From Octopus vulgaris (taxonomy: Eukaryota), in contig OX597823.1 of assembly GCA_951406725.2 (NCBI GenBank), forward strand, positions 114,018,001 to 114,082,000: a DNA stretch of 64,000 nucleotides. Direction: 5' to 3'. Shown piece by piece: positions 12,781 to 27,008 of this stretch. Numbering within the stretch: position 1 is the first letter of the stretch; each line of letters begins with the position of its first letter. A program made the translations under genes and the position numbers. Below the pieces are notes generated by a model. That model ran no database searches and had not been told where the DNA came from. It worked only from the letters and a program-made list of their open reading frames with translations.

Positions 12781-12781
<1 letters not shown>

Positions 12782-13200
12782 AGAAATTAAATATAAAATA
12801 TAAATTAAATATAAAATATAAATTACAAAGTGGGACAAGAACGCAAAAATACACAAGGAGACGACACAAAAAAGCAGACGGGTCACTCGAAGCCTCTAAT
12901 CTTCAGTCGGGAACCGGATCATCTTAGTAATTTCCGCTGTTTAATCTCGATATTACTCCGACCCGGCCAGCCCCAAGGAAAAACCAAGCCACAGGCATTG
13001 TATTTCTTGGAAAGAGGATCGAATGTATACGGAACAAAGACAGGATGCCACACGAATATAAATACAAGAAACAAAAATAGAAATAAAAAACAGAAATAAA
13101 AAAACTCGAATGGTGGACAGTACAAGGACAGGAGCGTCTTACGACTTTAGACAATTTTTAACTTATCTTGGCTGGCGTATATGTATTTCGGAATGGTCAT
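12781..13200. mobile_element. Unclassified (TA)n-embedded insert ending in the arm sequence of the 46883 hairpin
   Basis: Unique block between TA runs; 13182-13200 tgtatttcggaatggtcat identical to 46884-46902. Confidence 0.5.
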
Positions 13201-13206
13201 ATATAT

Positions 13207-13505
13207 GTGGAGGCACATGGCCTAGTGTTTAGAGCAGCGAACTCGCAGTCGAGGGATCGCGGGTTCGAATCTCAGACCGGGCGATGTGTGTGTTTATGAG
13301 CGAAACTTCTAAGCTCCACGCAGCCCCGGCAGAAGGTAATGGCGAAACTTCTGCAGACTCTTTCACCACAACTTTCTCTCACTCTTTCCTCCTTCATCTT
13401 GCATCTCACCTGCGACGGACCGGCGTCCCGTCCAGGTGGGGAATCTATACGCCAAGAAACCGGGAAACCGGCCCTCATGAGCCAGGCATGGCTCGAGAAG
13501 GAACA

Positions 13506-13508
<3 letters not shown>
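13207..13508 (+). mobile_element. SINE family B-related head with tail type 3
   Basis: Head gtggaggcacatggcctagtg..gagcagcgaactcgc..ggttcgaatctcagaccgggcg..gagcgaaac..aagctccacg; distinct 3' part cctgcgacggaccggcgtcccgtccagg..gaaaccggg. Confidence 0.85.
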
Positions 13509-13582
<74 letters not shown>

Positions 13583-14099
13583 ATAAATATATATATATGT
13601 ATATATACATATATACATAGTTACACACATACATACATACGTACATATATATGTATGTACTCATGTGTATGTGTGAGTGTCTGTGCGCGTGTGTGAATTC
13701 CTGTATGTGCAAATACACACACTTACATAATATTAGAGGAACTTATGATATGAACATTAGTAATTATATTTTCCACAAACAAGAAATATGTTCTAAAGTC
13801 TACTAGTTACTTTATTTAAGAAAACCTCTGGAATACAATTTCTATTCACGTTTACTGATTTCGAGGTTTTTGTTGAAAGAATCGTGACGTTTATTTCAAA
13901 CACTAAAATAAAATAATATCTTTTAAAATGATATCTGCAAATCACTGGGCCATATCATATGTTTTATTTTTGTATGAATGCTCGAAATATAATTAGTTTT
14001 GTATATTTTGTTGCATATCTAATCACTTATCAATCTATATTACTATAATTAGTAAGATTAATGTATATGTATGTGTGTAAGTATTTGTGTGTCTCTGTG

Positions 14100-14377
<278 letters not shown>

Positions 14378-15893
14378 ACTGCTGAAGGTGACCTTTAATT
14401 CATGCAGTGGCATGTCTGTGCCTCCACCTACAAACGTCAATCAAACGAATAACTTTCCTGATGCCATTTCTAGGTTGGAAGACAAAGGAAGAACCCAGTG
14501 AGGCATACCCAAAACATACCAGGCTAGCAATCAATAACATTCCCCGTTTAAGCATTTCGAGCATTTCCGTCACTCTGACAATCATGATGGCGGACATCTA
14601 TATTTGTGCGGTGCATTAAAGCCATCAAATATTGTGGATTGAAGTGCAATGGCTTGTGATGATACAAAGAGGAAGGGTATATTTTATTTTCCCCAATTAA
14701 TCAACAAATATAATTTACTACAATTTTTATATGTATTCTGATCTGCCTCTATCTGTATGCATTTGTGTATGTATTAATGTATGTATTTATGTATGTATAT
14801 GTATGTATGTATGTATAAATTAATGTATCTATTTATCTGTCTGTCTGTATATCTGTCCCTCTATCTTTCACGTTATCAATTGATTAATTTACATATCTGT
14901 GTACACACGGATATGTACACTCATATGGTCTTTTATGCGTGTTTGTGTGATTTTTTGTGTGTATTTATGAGTGTGCGTGTGTGTGTAACAATTCATGCAT
15001 GCATTTACATGTGTGTGTAAGTACTTCATTGATGCTGTTTACTCAAAATGATCAAAATAGAATGAATAATTGGTAAACAACTGCAAAATCACTTGGCCAA
15101 ATATATAATCCATTTCTAAAACGTTATTAACCAAAGAACTTATTTATTTTTCTGACTCTCCTCTCTCTGGAACGAACCAAATTTGTCGAGATAACAGCCA
15201 AAGAAGTCGTGGAAAAGGAGAAAAAAAATTGCCATCAAATCTACTTGAATGGGAAAAGATAAGTCGTTTGGGTTCAAACCATGTTTCAAGACCCATTAAT
15301 GATTCCGTTTGCTACCTCTGTTCTCAAACCTGAGCATAACCTGTGGAAATAAGTTGCTCCCTTGCTCTAATACTCCAAGTATTTTGCGCTGATTAGATCA
15401 ATACGGAATAGTAATGGCATACAACTAGCTAAAAGAAAAATGAATAGAGATCTTACGGAAATAATCACTTGGATCTACGACTAAAACATTCGATCTATTA
15501 GAGAAAAACATCCCATCAAACTTACCATTTCATGACTTTTTAGTCTAGCTAAAGATCTACAATGTCTTGTACAGAATTGTCAGCTAAAACATGTACCGGC
15601 AATAACCGGCTGTTGTTGTAACTGGGCTTCATATACATTTGCATGTCGTTTAAGTCCTCCTGTCGAATTAATATACATACATACATGCGTACTCACACAC
15701 ATCATTCTTAAAGCCAACTTGTAGTTACTCGCAAGCGCTTCTAGGCTTCACTTATTCCGTTCTTAACCAAATTGAATGTAGTTTTGGTTTGGCAATGACG
15801 GTCCAGTCTTCTTCTGCAATATTCTGAGATACAATAATTGAAATTTGATTTATTACAAAAGCTGGGTTAAAATATATCAGGTCAAAATGGTAG

Positions 15894-16600
<707 letters not shown>

Positions 16601-17058
16601 AAAAATGGGAGAGTAAGGCGAAAAATAACTCAGCCATTTTAAAAGAAAAGTATATATAATTTTATTTAAAATACTTCACTCATTGAGAAGAATCTCTTGG
16701 CGAAAATCTCGTTAAAATGTATTTGCTAGAATAAACTAGCGTGGCGCTAAGTGCCAAAAATATGTTAAGTAACCCCCAGAACTGATTATAAATCAAAATA
16801 TCTCAGCAACTGTAAAAGAAACTATACAATAGTTGTGTTCAACTGAGAGCACTTTGAGATGTTGTGGTGAAAAGTAACTCAAAAAATAGCTGACGAAGAA
16901 ACGTGATCGTTTTAACAAAAAAAAAAAAAAAGAAAAAGACATTGTTATTTTTTTCTCCTGTCATTTTTTTCCAGGTTTAATTTCTGCTTGTTCTATACTT
17001 TAACAAGTGTAATACTTAAGAATGCTGTTAGATTCTGCGCCTGCTTTTTATATTCTAG

Positions 17059-17137
<79 letters not shown>

Positions 17138-17310
17138 GTGCATACATGTACACACACCCATATATATATACATATATATATACACACACTTATGTCTGTA
17201 TATGTATATATATGTGTGTGTGTGTGTAAGCATACATACATATACACACATCTATATATATACATATATACACACACAGAGGCATATATATATACCTACC
17301 TACGTATATG

Positions 17311-17371
<61 letters not shown>

Positions 17372-17929
17372 AAAGCTTAAAATGAAATAGCGTGATATTT
17401 GAACATTTTTCTTTTCCCTGATGCTTCCTCCTGCCGTCTTAATTCCATAGAAACTGACCTTTCAAATAATCACGATATTTTGTCATTCCTTTGTCTACCA
17501 CGATTAAGTGTTCTTGGCAAATGAAAGAACGATGTCATGTAAGAACGATGTTATCAATATCGGTTGAAATATATAAATATTCTGGTTTTCTAAATTCTTT
17601 GGAAGAATCTCTCCTATTTGTTTCTCGGTCAAAGATAAATAAATCAAGTGTTGTTTGCAGCGATCAAATTAACCATCATTTTGTCATATGAGAACGGACA
17701 AGTAACTCTGCTGTGTCTTTCGCATCTATTCAGTTCTTCTATACACAAATCCTGATAAGTGTTACTTTAATCAACTTGTTTCTACGATAGCTTCTCCTTC
17801 TCACTTCAAATGGCATAGCTCTCTGTAGTGCTTGAAAATGTCAATCCTTCAACGCAATATAGAGAACACTTTTGATGTATGTAGTATTGATCAGTTAAAC
17901 ACAAGCACGGGCACACACACACACACACA

Positions 17930-17967
<38 letters not shown>

Positions 17968-18066
17968 AATAGCTACACATATACACCATACACAATAATG
18001 TGTATGCGTATATTGTTATCTAGACTAATACACACCCATATATACATATATACGTATATGTATAAA

Positions 18067-18267
18067 TATAGGGAGAGTTTACGAAAAAAGACGAAGACAG
18101 GTGGTGTACAAAACAAACAGATGTATTAGTATAATGCTCAGGAATAGAAAAAGTCTTTTACGTTTCGAGCCTACGCTTTTCTACAGAAAGGGACACAGAA
18201 AAAAAAAACAAGGAGAGAAACAGGGAGAGAAAAAAATGTGTGTAGTGGCTAAAGATCTACCATGGCT
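18067..18267 (-). mobile_element. Short TA-flanked repeat related to the 2281 family, with hammerhead-like motif
   Basis: Shares gctcgaaacgt.aaa...ttcctgagc...atacta with the 2281/55563 elements. Confidence 0.65.
18155..18190 (-). ncRNA. Minimal hammerhead variant
   Basis: Minus strand cttt-CTGTAGA-aa-agc-gtag-gct-c-GAAA-cG-TA-aaag: stem I cttt/aaag, GUA site, core A6 to U deviation. Confidence 0.55.
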
Positions 18268-18588
18268 ACATAAATATATATGTACATGTGTGTGCATGCG
18301 TGTGTGTGTGTGCGTTTGTGTATGTGTACCTGTATTCCCAGAATATCACAGCTCATCACTCTCTTGATTTACCTTACAGGTTACATGCTCACACCTAATC
18401 TCCATTGCTTAGTACTGGTAATCATGACACAAAAGACAATAAAAGTGCAAACGGATTTTATCATGGCGATACTGGCAATCCTTTAACGCAAGGCAGTCAC
18501 ATCCACTTGCCTACTGACTTCCACATTCTCCGCACAGATTCTGACTTTCTAGGTGTCAAAGGTTTGTAGACTTTATACTTGACTTAAA

Positions 18589-18819
18589 GGCGGCGAGCTG
18601 GCAGAAACGTTAGCGCGCCGGGCGAAATACTTAGCGGTATTTCGTCTGTCGTTACGTTCTGAGTTCAAATTCCGCCGAGGTCGACTTTGCCTTTCATCCT
18701 TTAGGGGTCGATAAATTAAGTACCAGTTACGCACTGGGGGCTATATAATCGACTTAATCCCTTCGTCTGTCCTTGTTTATCCCCTCTATGTTTAGCCCCT
18801 TGTGAGCAGTAAAGAAATA
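18589..18819 (+). mobile_element. SINE family A
   Basis: Full head/body; TSD tatacttgacttaaa at 18574-18588 and 18820-18834. Confidence 0.93.
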
Positions 18820-18914
18820 TATACTTGACTTAAATGAAGTTGTTGTTGTTGTTGTAATTATTATTTTGATTATCATCATCATCATTATTATCATTATTAT
18901 TATTATTATTGTTA

Positions 18915-18954
<40 letters not shown>

Positions 18955-18961
18955 CATCATT

Positions 18962-19548
18962 ATTTTTTTATGTTTGACTTTGTCTTTACATTTGTACAAG
19001 TTGGCTCCAAGTCTCACCCAGAGACCTCAAGAGATAACAAGTTGGAAGTTCATGTTGGTGTTATATTTTGTCTTGTACATAGTGTTGTTCTAGAGAATGT
19101 TTACGAAACCATAAGAAAATTATGTGTTTGTTTTAAAACTTGAGATTACATAACATTTTGCGTAGGGTGCGAGCAGTTTTCACAAGCACTATCTTTTGAA
19201 TTTCTGCCATTTTGGAGTTTCCTGGTATCTGAGTTAGGTAGCAATCAGCCTCTTTTGCTATCATTCCAAGGGCACCTTTGACAAGAGGTATTATTTTAGT
19301 CTTCAGGTTGCTCATTTTGTTAATTTCTATTTCAAGATCTTTATATTTGCTCAGTTTTTTTGGTAGGCCTTGACAGATACGTTTATATCGATTGGGACAG
19401 TCATATCAATGAGGAGGTATGATTTTTGTCTGAAGTCTTTCAATATGATGTCTGGCCTATTTGCGTCCATTTTTCTGGCAGTTTGAATGGTGAAGTTCCA
19501 GAGGAGTGAGAAGTGATCATTTACAAGCACTGTAGGTGGTTTGTGTTC

Positions 19549-19550
<2 letters not shown>
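18962..19550 (-). mobile_element. 5'-truncated Dong/R4 retrotransposon (RLE domain + 3' UTR) inserted in (TAA)n
   Basis: ORFs 19351-19551 and 19133-19315: EHKP..LLWNFTIQT..ANRPDIILKD..LLIDMTVP..(SKYKDLEIEI)..IIPLVKGALG..IQKIVL..TARTLRK; (TAA)n arrays at both ends. Confidence 0.92.
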
Positions 19551-19587
<37 letters not shown>

Positions 19588-19814
19588 TACTATTTATTGC
19601 TCCTTTTCATTATAACTTTATTTCAGCTCCCATATTACCGGGCATCGCAGAAGGCTAAGAGTAGCAAGGGCACATTTCTTTTGCGATGAATGCTAAAATT
19701 ATCACCATATTTATTCCATTTTAGATGGAGAGTGCTTTCCGAAGTATATCGGCTGTACCCATCAAGGTTATCTTTTGTAGTTCACGGAGGTTGGAGTACC
19801 AGGGAGTTGCTTAA

Positions 19815-19928
19815 TATACTTTTCAGCCCCCGTCGACCTCGGCGGAATTTGAACGCAGAATGTAATGACAGACGAAACAGCGCTAAGCATTTCGCCCGGC
19901 GTGCTAACCTTTTCTGCCAGCTCGCCGT
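19815..19928 (-). mobile_element. Partial SINE family A (head)
   Basis: gtcgacctcggcggaatttgaac..gcatttcgcccggcgtgctaac..ctgccagctcgcc. Confidence 0.85.
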
Positions 19929-20420
19929 TGAAATATTTTATCGATAATATGAATTGTTATTCTAGACAAAATTAATAATATTATACATAAAGATTTACAG
20001 AAGCTTATTTTCGCCTCAGTATTTTTACAATTCAAATCCAATCAGGCGTAAGTATATTTTTTGTGGGCTTTTCAATGTTGAGAGAAAAGGTGTAAACAGG
20101 CACATACATACACACTGTAACACACAGATACACACTTGCGCAGAGACGCAAACAAACAAACACACGAAACGAGACAGTCGTAATTTTAATTGAAAAGCAA
20201 ATACAATTATCAATATGTTTCATGTATAGACACATACATATACATACATACATATGCATGCAAATTTAAAACGACAAACACTCACAAACACAGACATTCA
20301 TGTAATATACTCTTAATGAAATAATTACCCTTTGATATATAACAATTTAATGTATTGATACATATATATATATATTTCTGGTTTGGATTACCTATATATA
20401 TATATATATAAATATAAATT

Positions 20421-20541
<121 letters not shown>

Positions 20542-20674
20542 CAACCATTTTACAAAGAAGTAAATTGTGTGTCTATATGTATACATATATAGGCACATGC
20601 ATACATGCATATATATAATTTATAATATATATATATAAATATACATATATATATATATATATATATATGTAATA

Positions 20675-20759
<85 letters not shown>

Positions 20760-21436
20760 GTGTGTGTGTGTGTGTGTGTGTATGTATATATATTATCCAA
20801 AATATAACAAGCAATGAGAACCACCTCAGCATAGTTCAGTATTGTTAAAGAAAGTCTGAATCTAATCTAATACACAACAGATGTTTTGCTCCAAGCAACC
20901 TTATACACACATATCCTTATATAGACAGATGCAAAGATACTTACATTTACATATATTTATGCACATATTGAGACACATATACATAAGCACAAGAAGATAA
21001 ATACATACCATTAACTGCATACATATATTAACACAAGTAAGCATAAAGTCAATCAGATACACACAGACGTTAAGAAACTCTCTTAAGAGGTTGATATGTA
21101 AGCGCGACAGTATAAGTGTGTTCAGATGTATGAGAGTGTTTGCCGGTATTTGTGAATATGAGATAAACTGTACGTGAGAATTTCCATCTTTGAAGTGTTT
21201 CCATCATGAAATGTTTGGTTACTGTCATTAATCTACAAGTGTTCCATCTTTCCTTCTCCTTCTTTACATATATTTGGATGTCTGAGATTCTATCCATGTA
21301 TGTTTTGCTATAATTCCAGCATTGTTTTGAAATACTGTTACTGAGAAGGATCTGCTGTCGATAATCACCGTGATGAACACAGACTATACAATGTCATCTT
21401 TCTTGAAGTAGGATACCACCGGTATTATACTATATC

Positions 21437-21641
21437 GGCGGCCAGCTGGCAGAATCGTTAGCACGCCGGGAGAAATGCTCAGCAGTATTTCGCCTGTCGC
21501 TACGTTCTGAGTTCAAATTCTGCCGTGGTCGACATTGCCTTTCATTCTTTCTGGGTCGATTAAATAAGTTCCAATTACGCATTGGGGTCGATATAATCGA
21601 CTTAATCTGTTTGTCTATCTCTTGTGTGTAGTAAAGAAATA
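21437..21641 (+). mobile_element. SINE family A
   Basis: TSD ggtattatactatatc at 21421-21436 and 21642-21657. Confidence 0.92.
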
Positions 21642-21926
21642 GGTATTATACTATATCCATCTGCTCTGGTGCAATGTGATCTAAGGCATATAACTCAGTA
21701 CATCTACGGAAACATACCCTTTGCTTTCCCCTATTTCACCACATGGGTTTAAACGCATAACATTTAATTTATACTTTCACTGTGTAAGATTAAATACTTG
21801 GTGTAAAATAACTGCTACTCGTCGGGAAACATTACGGAGATAAGCGAGAGGAAGTTAATAAAGAAGAGAAAGATTGACAATTGCAGTGTCGTTACCAAAA
21901 GTTGGTGAATCAGATAAAAGGATAAC

Positions 21927-22102
21927 GGTTTCAAATTTTGGCTGAAGGACAATGAATGAAATTACTTCGAAATCAATTCTCAACTGGTCCTTATTTTATC
22001 GGGCCTGAGAGAACGGAAGGCAAAGTCGACTGCGTAAAAACGGATGAAATGCTGCTAAGCATTTTGCCCGGCATGCTAACGATTCTACCATATCGCCGCC
22101 TT
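21927..22102 (-). mobile_element. SINE family A, older subfamily, degenerate
   Basis: tttcaaattttgg..aaggcaaagtcgac..gcatgctaacgattctacca..cgccgcc. Confidence 0.8.
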
Positions 22103-22423
22103 TGATGAATGGATAACAATAGAAGTAGAAAGTTTCTTCAAACCTGCAGTTTGCACCATTGACACCGCTCCAGCAATTCCCTTGCAGGTAAAACCAGCAT
22201 ATGTTTTTGGTGTTACTTTTTTCAGCTGATCACTGGGGTCGATGTAATCGCCTGTCTATCTAGCCTAACCTTTCAGGACGTGCACCTATTACAGGACCAT
22301 TATTTTATTGTGCCCTTAGCTATACTCAAATTAGGGAAACCTCTATTTTGAACATTGATAACGATAAGTATTCTAATCATAGTTGAAACAATGCACTCTA
22401 CAGTATACATTCAAATTTTCATC

Positions 22424-22820
22424 GGCGCAGGAAAGGCTGCGTGTTAAGTAGCTCGCTTACCAACCACATGGTTCCGGATTCAGTCCCACTACGTAACACC
22501 TTGGGCAAGTGTCTTCTGCTATAGTCTCGGGCCGACCAAAACCTTGTGAGTGGATTTGGTAGACGGAAACTGAAAGAAGCCCGTCGTATATATACTTATA
22601 TGTGTGTGTGTATGTTTGTGTGCCTGTGTTTGTCTCCCGCCAACATTGCTTGACAACCGATTTGATGTGTTTACGTCCCCGTAACTTAGCGGTTCGGCAA
22701 AAGAGGCCGATAGAATAAGTACAATACTTCCAAAGAATAAGTCGAGGGGCGATTTGCTCGACTCAAGGCGGTGCTCTAGCATGGCCGCAGTCAAATGACT
22801 GAAACAAGTAAAAGAGTAAG
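22424..22820 (+). mobile_element. tRNA-derived SINE family C (internal TA/TG tract, taaaagag tail)
   Basis: Head ..agtagctcgcttaccaaccacatggttccggattcagtccc; ccttgggcaagtg..ccttgtgagtggatttggtagacggaaactgaaagaagcccgtcg; matches 42339, 52398 and 61998 copies. Confidence 0.92.
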
Positions 22821-22899
22821 GGTGTATCTGACAGATAAACGGCCCAGTAGAGTTTGTATATGATATAATAATCGTAACAGACACAACGCAATAAAAAAA

Positions 22900-23260
22900 A
22901 ACTATCACAAAGAACAAAGGTATTAAATAACTAATATGAAATTTTCATCTAATCTAAAACCCTTTTAATTCTCAACCAATAATTTACGAACATGTAACTG
23001 TAGAACAATCACTAACTTCAGTACAAAGATCTAGTAAACTAGATAATACATTAATGTGATGCAGTAACGCCTAATAATAATAACTCATATTACATAGGTT
23101 CTACATCAAATAAAGCGAATCGACAATTTACGGATTTCATAACTAAGTTTGCGATAAGAGGAAGTGAATCTGCCCAGTCTGAACTTTTATGAAGCAAACT
23201 GGAGATCAATTCAAAAGAGATCGTGAAACAGGGTTGGTCAAATGGTCTCTCCACACCCGA
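22900..23260 (+). pseudogene. Decayed Penelope-like element C-terminus (CNCR linker + GIY-YIG endonuclease remnant)
   Basis: NNLRTCNCR at ~22978-23004, frameshift, then IIH*CDAVTPNNNNSYYIGSTSNKANRQF (YIG at 23091-23099) and SEL..WS; order matches PLE linker-GIY-YIG. Confidence 0.55.
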
Positions 23261-23480
23261 GATTGATATGAAACTGAAACAGTTCATGTCCATAATTCGA
23301 GCCATATACGATGGACTTGTCCCAGAGCACAAGGCCAACACACACAAATTTCTGGTTATATGTCATGCACTTTTGTACTGCTTTGGATGTACATAAATAC
23401 ATGCATACATACGTACACAAAGTCACATACATACACCCTCCCCATTTATATATATATATATATATATATACACTCGTGGT

Positions 23481-23640
23481 TACTATTCAAATAAGGGTGT
23501 CCACATTGTGGTTTTCCTCTCATATGTATATAATACAATATTACTGAAACTTAAATTCTTTTATAGACTAGACCACTGGTGTGAAATCGATGTTAATTAA
23601 ATTAATATCTAATTTCTTACCCTCATTTTAAATTTTTATA
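23481..23640 (+). repeat. Segment homologous to right arm + tail of the 31002 hairpin element (putative PLE terminal repeat)
   Basis: ccacat.gtggt..ttcctct.atatgtat.taatac..tattactgaaact...ctagac.actggtgt.aaat..atgtta..aaatta.tatc.aattt...accctcatttta shared with 31097-31258. Confidence 0.8.
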
Positions 23641-23653
23641 TATGTATATATAT

Positions 23654-24250
23654 ATGACAAATGGCAAAACAAAAGCTCTCAGAAACTAGGAAGAGCAAAG
23701 AGTAAAAGAAAAGGAACAGGAAGAGAAAACGAAAAAGAAAAACTTCGGAGGAAAACCGAAGACCTCCATCAAAAGGAATATGAGGTGCAAATTTAAACGC
23801 AAAAGCAGAAGCATATGCAGATTTTAGCTGCAAAGGAACTGATGGAACAGTGATGATATACAAACTGCAGTTTTGCACAAGAGAAGCCCTGCTAGATCTG
23901 CATGGATGCAAAACAGAACTCCTTTCCAGTAAGAGGACAAAAAGCAGGACACCAAGACAGAGAAAAAATGGCACACACACAGTCTACTCCTCAAAGACGA
24001 TATGTAGACGTGGTGAGTACTCCAACAAACAACCAGCCTCACCCAGATATGAAAAAAACAGCAGCCGAACAACAATATTTTTTGTGCATAGCACAAAAGA
24101 CTGCGCAGCAGCTGACCTGCTTACATCGATCATAAATTTGGAACTACCCACCCACCACACAAAGCCACCACAGTCAACATATACAGGATAGCTCTGTCAC
24201 ACATGCCCTCAGTTGCTCAGATAGCCACCCTTCTTAGCTATGCAGGCACA
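23654..24250 (+). pseudogene. Possible decayed LINE ORF1 (L1/Tx1-like)
   Basis: A-rich, basic interrupted reading frames; ending VNIYRIALSHMPSVAQIATLLSYAGTIQ loosely resembles ORF1 RRM-type segments. Confidence 0.3.
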
Positions 24251-25143
24251 ATACAACACCTGTCATCTTGAAACAAAGATAAACGTTTTTCTTCTAGTGC
24301 TGACTAAAGCCGCTCAAGCTTCTCGCAGTAGGTCTCCTTTGTTATCGTTTGGTTTCTATTTAAAAATTTAAAGTGTACTAAATTTTTCATATACCAGCAA
24401 AGATGCAGCAACAGTTTACGAGGGTGAAGACCTTTAGCCTGGTGTGCTGGTGTCTCTCCTTTCCCTACCTATTGTCTTCAGCGCTTAACTTTTTAATAGA
24501 GCACACATTTCTCGTTACCAGTCACTATTTGGTCCAAAAAGGGTTCATTTGTGAGCCATGACACCGAAGAAAAACACACATTCCCTCTCTGCGCGTGAAT
24601 AGACTCGGAACGTTTGTGAGGAGCCTACTGACATTTTCGATTGCACCCAGGTGCCAATGAGTGTTTGAATGACAAAATCGAAGCTTCTCTGCTAGTTCCT
24701 CAATTGTTACGATGGGATTTTGTACCACCAGGGTGTGCAGGACGTCCTCGATGTGCTCTACATATCTTCCAGGACGAGGCTCGTCTTCTAGACTGTAGTT
24801 CCAGCTCGGAATTTTTGGAACCACCGTTGACACTGGCTTACGCATACTGTCCGATCTCCATATACTGCATTAATATTCCTCTCAGTTTCCGTTGCGTTGT
24901 TACCTTTATTGAATTCATAAAACAAATATTCCGATTATGCCCCTTTGTCACTTCCATTATAGCTTTGAAAACAATAATTGTTAAAATCGAACTACACTCT
25001 TCAAAATTTGCACTAAGATTTAGTATTAGGGAAAACTACTACCTGTTTTAATAGCAAGTTGATGCAGGTAGTTTATCCCGTCCCCTTCCATTTTTTAGTT
25101 CATGCAATTGCGAAAACCGCATTAGTTATCGGATGACCGAATA
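24250..25143 (-). mobile_element. Decayed mariner transposon (5' TIR + transposase N-terminal two-thirds)
   Basis: ATG at 24957: MEVTK..FYEFNKGNNATETERNINAVYGDRTV..QRWFQKFR..SLEDEPRPGR..TIEELAEKL..IVTGNEK(=D of DD34D)..LHPRKL; TIR-like tattcggtcatccgataactaatgcgg at ~25117-25143. Confidence 0.9.
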
Positions 25144-25242
25144 TATGTATATAATGGTAGACTCTCGTAGTCCGAGGAAGATGGTTCTGCCGTTTCTTTC
25201 TGAACAACGTGCACAAATGTATTTTTTTTATATTGGTCAAAA

Positions 25243-25442
25243 TTACGTGCTGTAAATTTGCGCACTGTATCTGTCAAATCGATATTGCCCAAACCGAGGC
25301 ACAGTGTGCCTCACGTCGGATGTCGAAGTAATCGCAGAGCAACGTGATATGAAATGTACACAATAACACAATGCACTATCCACTCTAGGAATTGAAACCG
25401 CGAACTTGCGATCGTGAGTACAGTATCCTGACCACCACTCTA
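25243..25442 (-). mobile_element. Old degenerate tRNA-derived SINE
   Basis: Minus strand gtggtcaggatac..actcacgatcgcaagttcgcggtttcaattcctaga head similar to family B. Confidence 0.55.
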
Positions 25443-26019
25443 CACACTCTCTCTTACACACACACACAACCCACCCCCCATATATATATGTGTGTGTTTT
25501 CCTGTATGTATAAACATACATATGTGTGTGTGCGTGGTTGAGTGTGAGTGTGTGTGTGTGTGTGAGAAATGTGTGTGCACGCATTTGCATGTATATCTAT
25601 ATCTATATGTCTTTGTGTATGCAATGATATTTGTATATATCTACGTAAGTAGGTGTAAATAGGTGTAAGTATGAGTGCGTTGGTTTTCCTTCATTTACCA
25701 ATAACATCTTAAAATAACTATTTCTAAACTGGCTTTTGTTCACAAGCCATATTTCCACTAGAATTTCAAAAGCCAATTTAATCTACAAAATTACACATCA
25801 AAGCGGTATGATATATTGTTCTCTTTTTCTAATTAACTTTCGCTGTCGTTTTTTGTATTTATTACTTATTTTCTACCGTATTTTTGCACTCTCCCCTACA
25901 TTCTACTTTTTTCTTAATCATTTAATATCTGCAATGCAATATAGAAACAAAAGAAAACCCATTTAGATATTGTGCTTATAAGAATAAGTTTTCAATATCA
26001 TTGATGTTGTCTAGTATTG

Positions 26020-26200
26020 GCGGAAAGCCACATAAATAATGTGTATATGGTATAGGCTGTAGTTTGATTAAATAGTACCACAGAACTTGATTACGTTTAA
26101 TTTATCGACTCAAGAAAGATGTAATTCAAGGTCGATTCCGCCCAGGATTTGAATTCAGAATATAAAGCGAGATAATTAAAATTAACCATGGCATTTCGTT
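26020..26200 (-). mobile_element. Degenerate SINE family A
   Basis: ttatcgactc..aaagatg..aaggtcga..ccgc..ggatttgaattcagaa. Confidence 0.55.
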
Positions 26201-26624
26201 AGTTTAATTTTGAAACTCACGTATAACCTTATGAATCAGATCCACGAGCAGAGGCATTCCATCCATACCCATCATTTAATAGTGTGACTTTAAATACTTT
26301 CAGACAATACTGTGTGATTTGAAGATCTGGCCGCAAGACTTAGCAAACGGAGTGATTCTATCGAGGATTCCTCGCAGGTGATTTGACATATTTCTTTGAT
26401 TACTGCGATAATTTATATCATAGCTTGATGGATGTAGCTTTGGAAAGTGAGTTGGGTGTAATGGGTTGGCAAGATTTACATACACTGTGTACATTATTGA
26501 TCTTTGTTCTGCTCTCTAGTGAATCAGTCATCGACCCTTGTTCGTTAATAGTAATTCTGAATCTAAATATTTGCTGTTAAAGAATCCATCTCCAGAATTT
26601 ACATCCAGATTGTAGAAGATGGAC

Positions 26625-27008
26625 GGTGGAGGCGCAATGGCCCAGTGGTTAGGGCAGCGGACTCGCGGTCGTAGGATCGCGGTTTCGATTCCCAGACCGG
26701 GCATTGTGAGTGTTTATTGAGCGAAAACACCTAAAGCATCACGAGGCTCCTGCAGGGGGTGGTGGTGAACCCTGCTGTACTCTTTCACCACAACTTTCTC
26801 TCAGTCTTTCTTCCTGTTTCTGTTGTACCTGAATTTCAAAGGGTCAGCCATGTCACACTCTGTGTCACGCTGAATCTCCTCAAGAACTACGTTAAGGGTA
26901 CACGTGTCTGTGGAGTACTCAGCCACTTGCACGTTAATTTCACGAGCAAGCTGTTCCGTTGATCGTATCAGCTGGGACCCTTATCGTCGTAACCGACGGA
27001 GTGCTCCT
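26625..27008 (+). mobile_element. SINE family B, tail type 1
   Basis: Near-identical to the 5057 copy; TSD tagaagatggac at 26613-26624 and 27009-27020. Confidence 0.93.

Noticed and set aside
21070-21730. Minus-strand RTE-like endonuclease remnant split by a SINE
   Set aside because: Similarity too vague to support by eye
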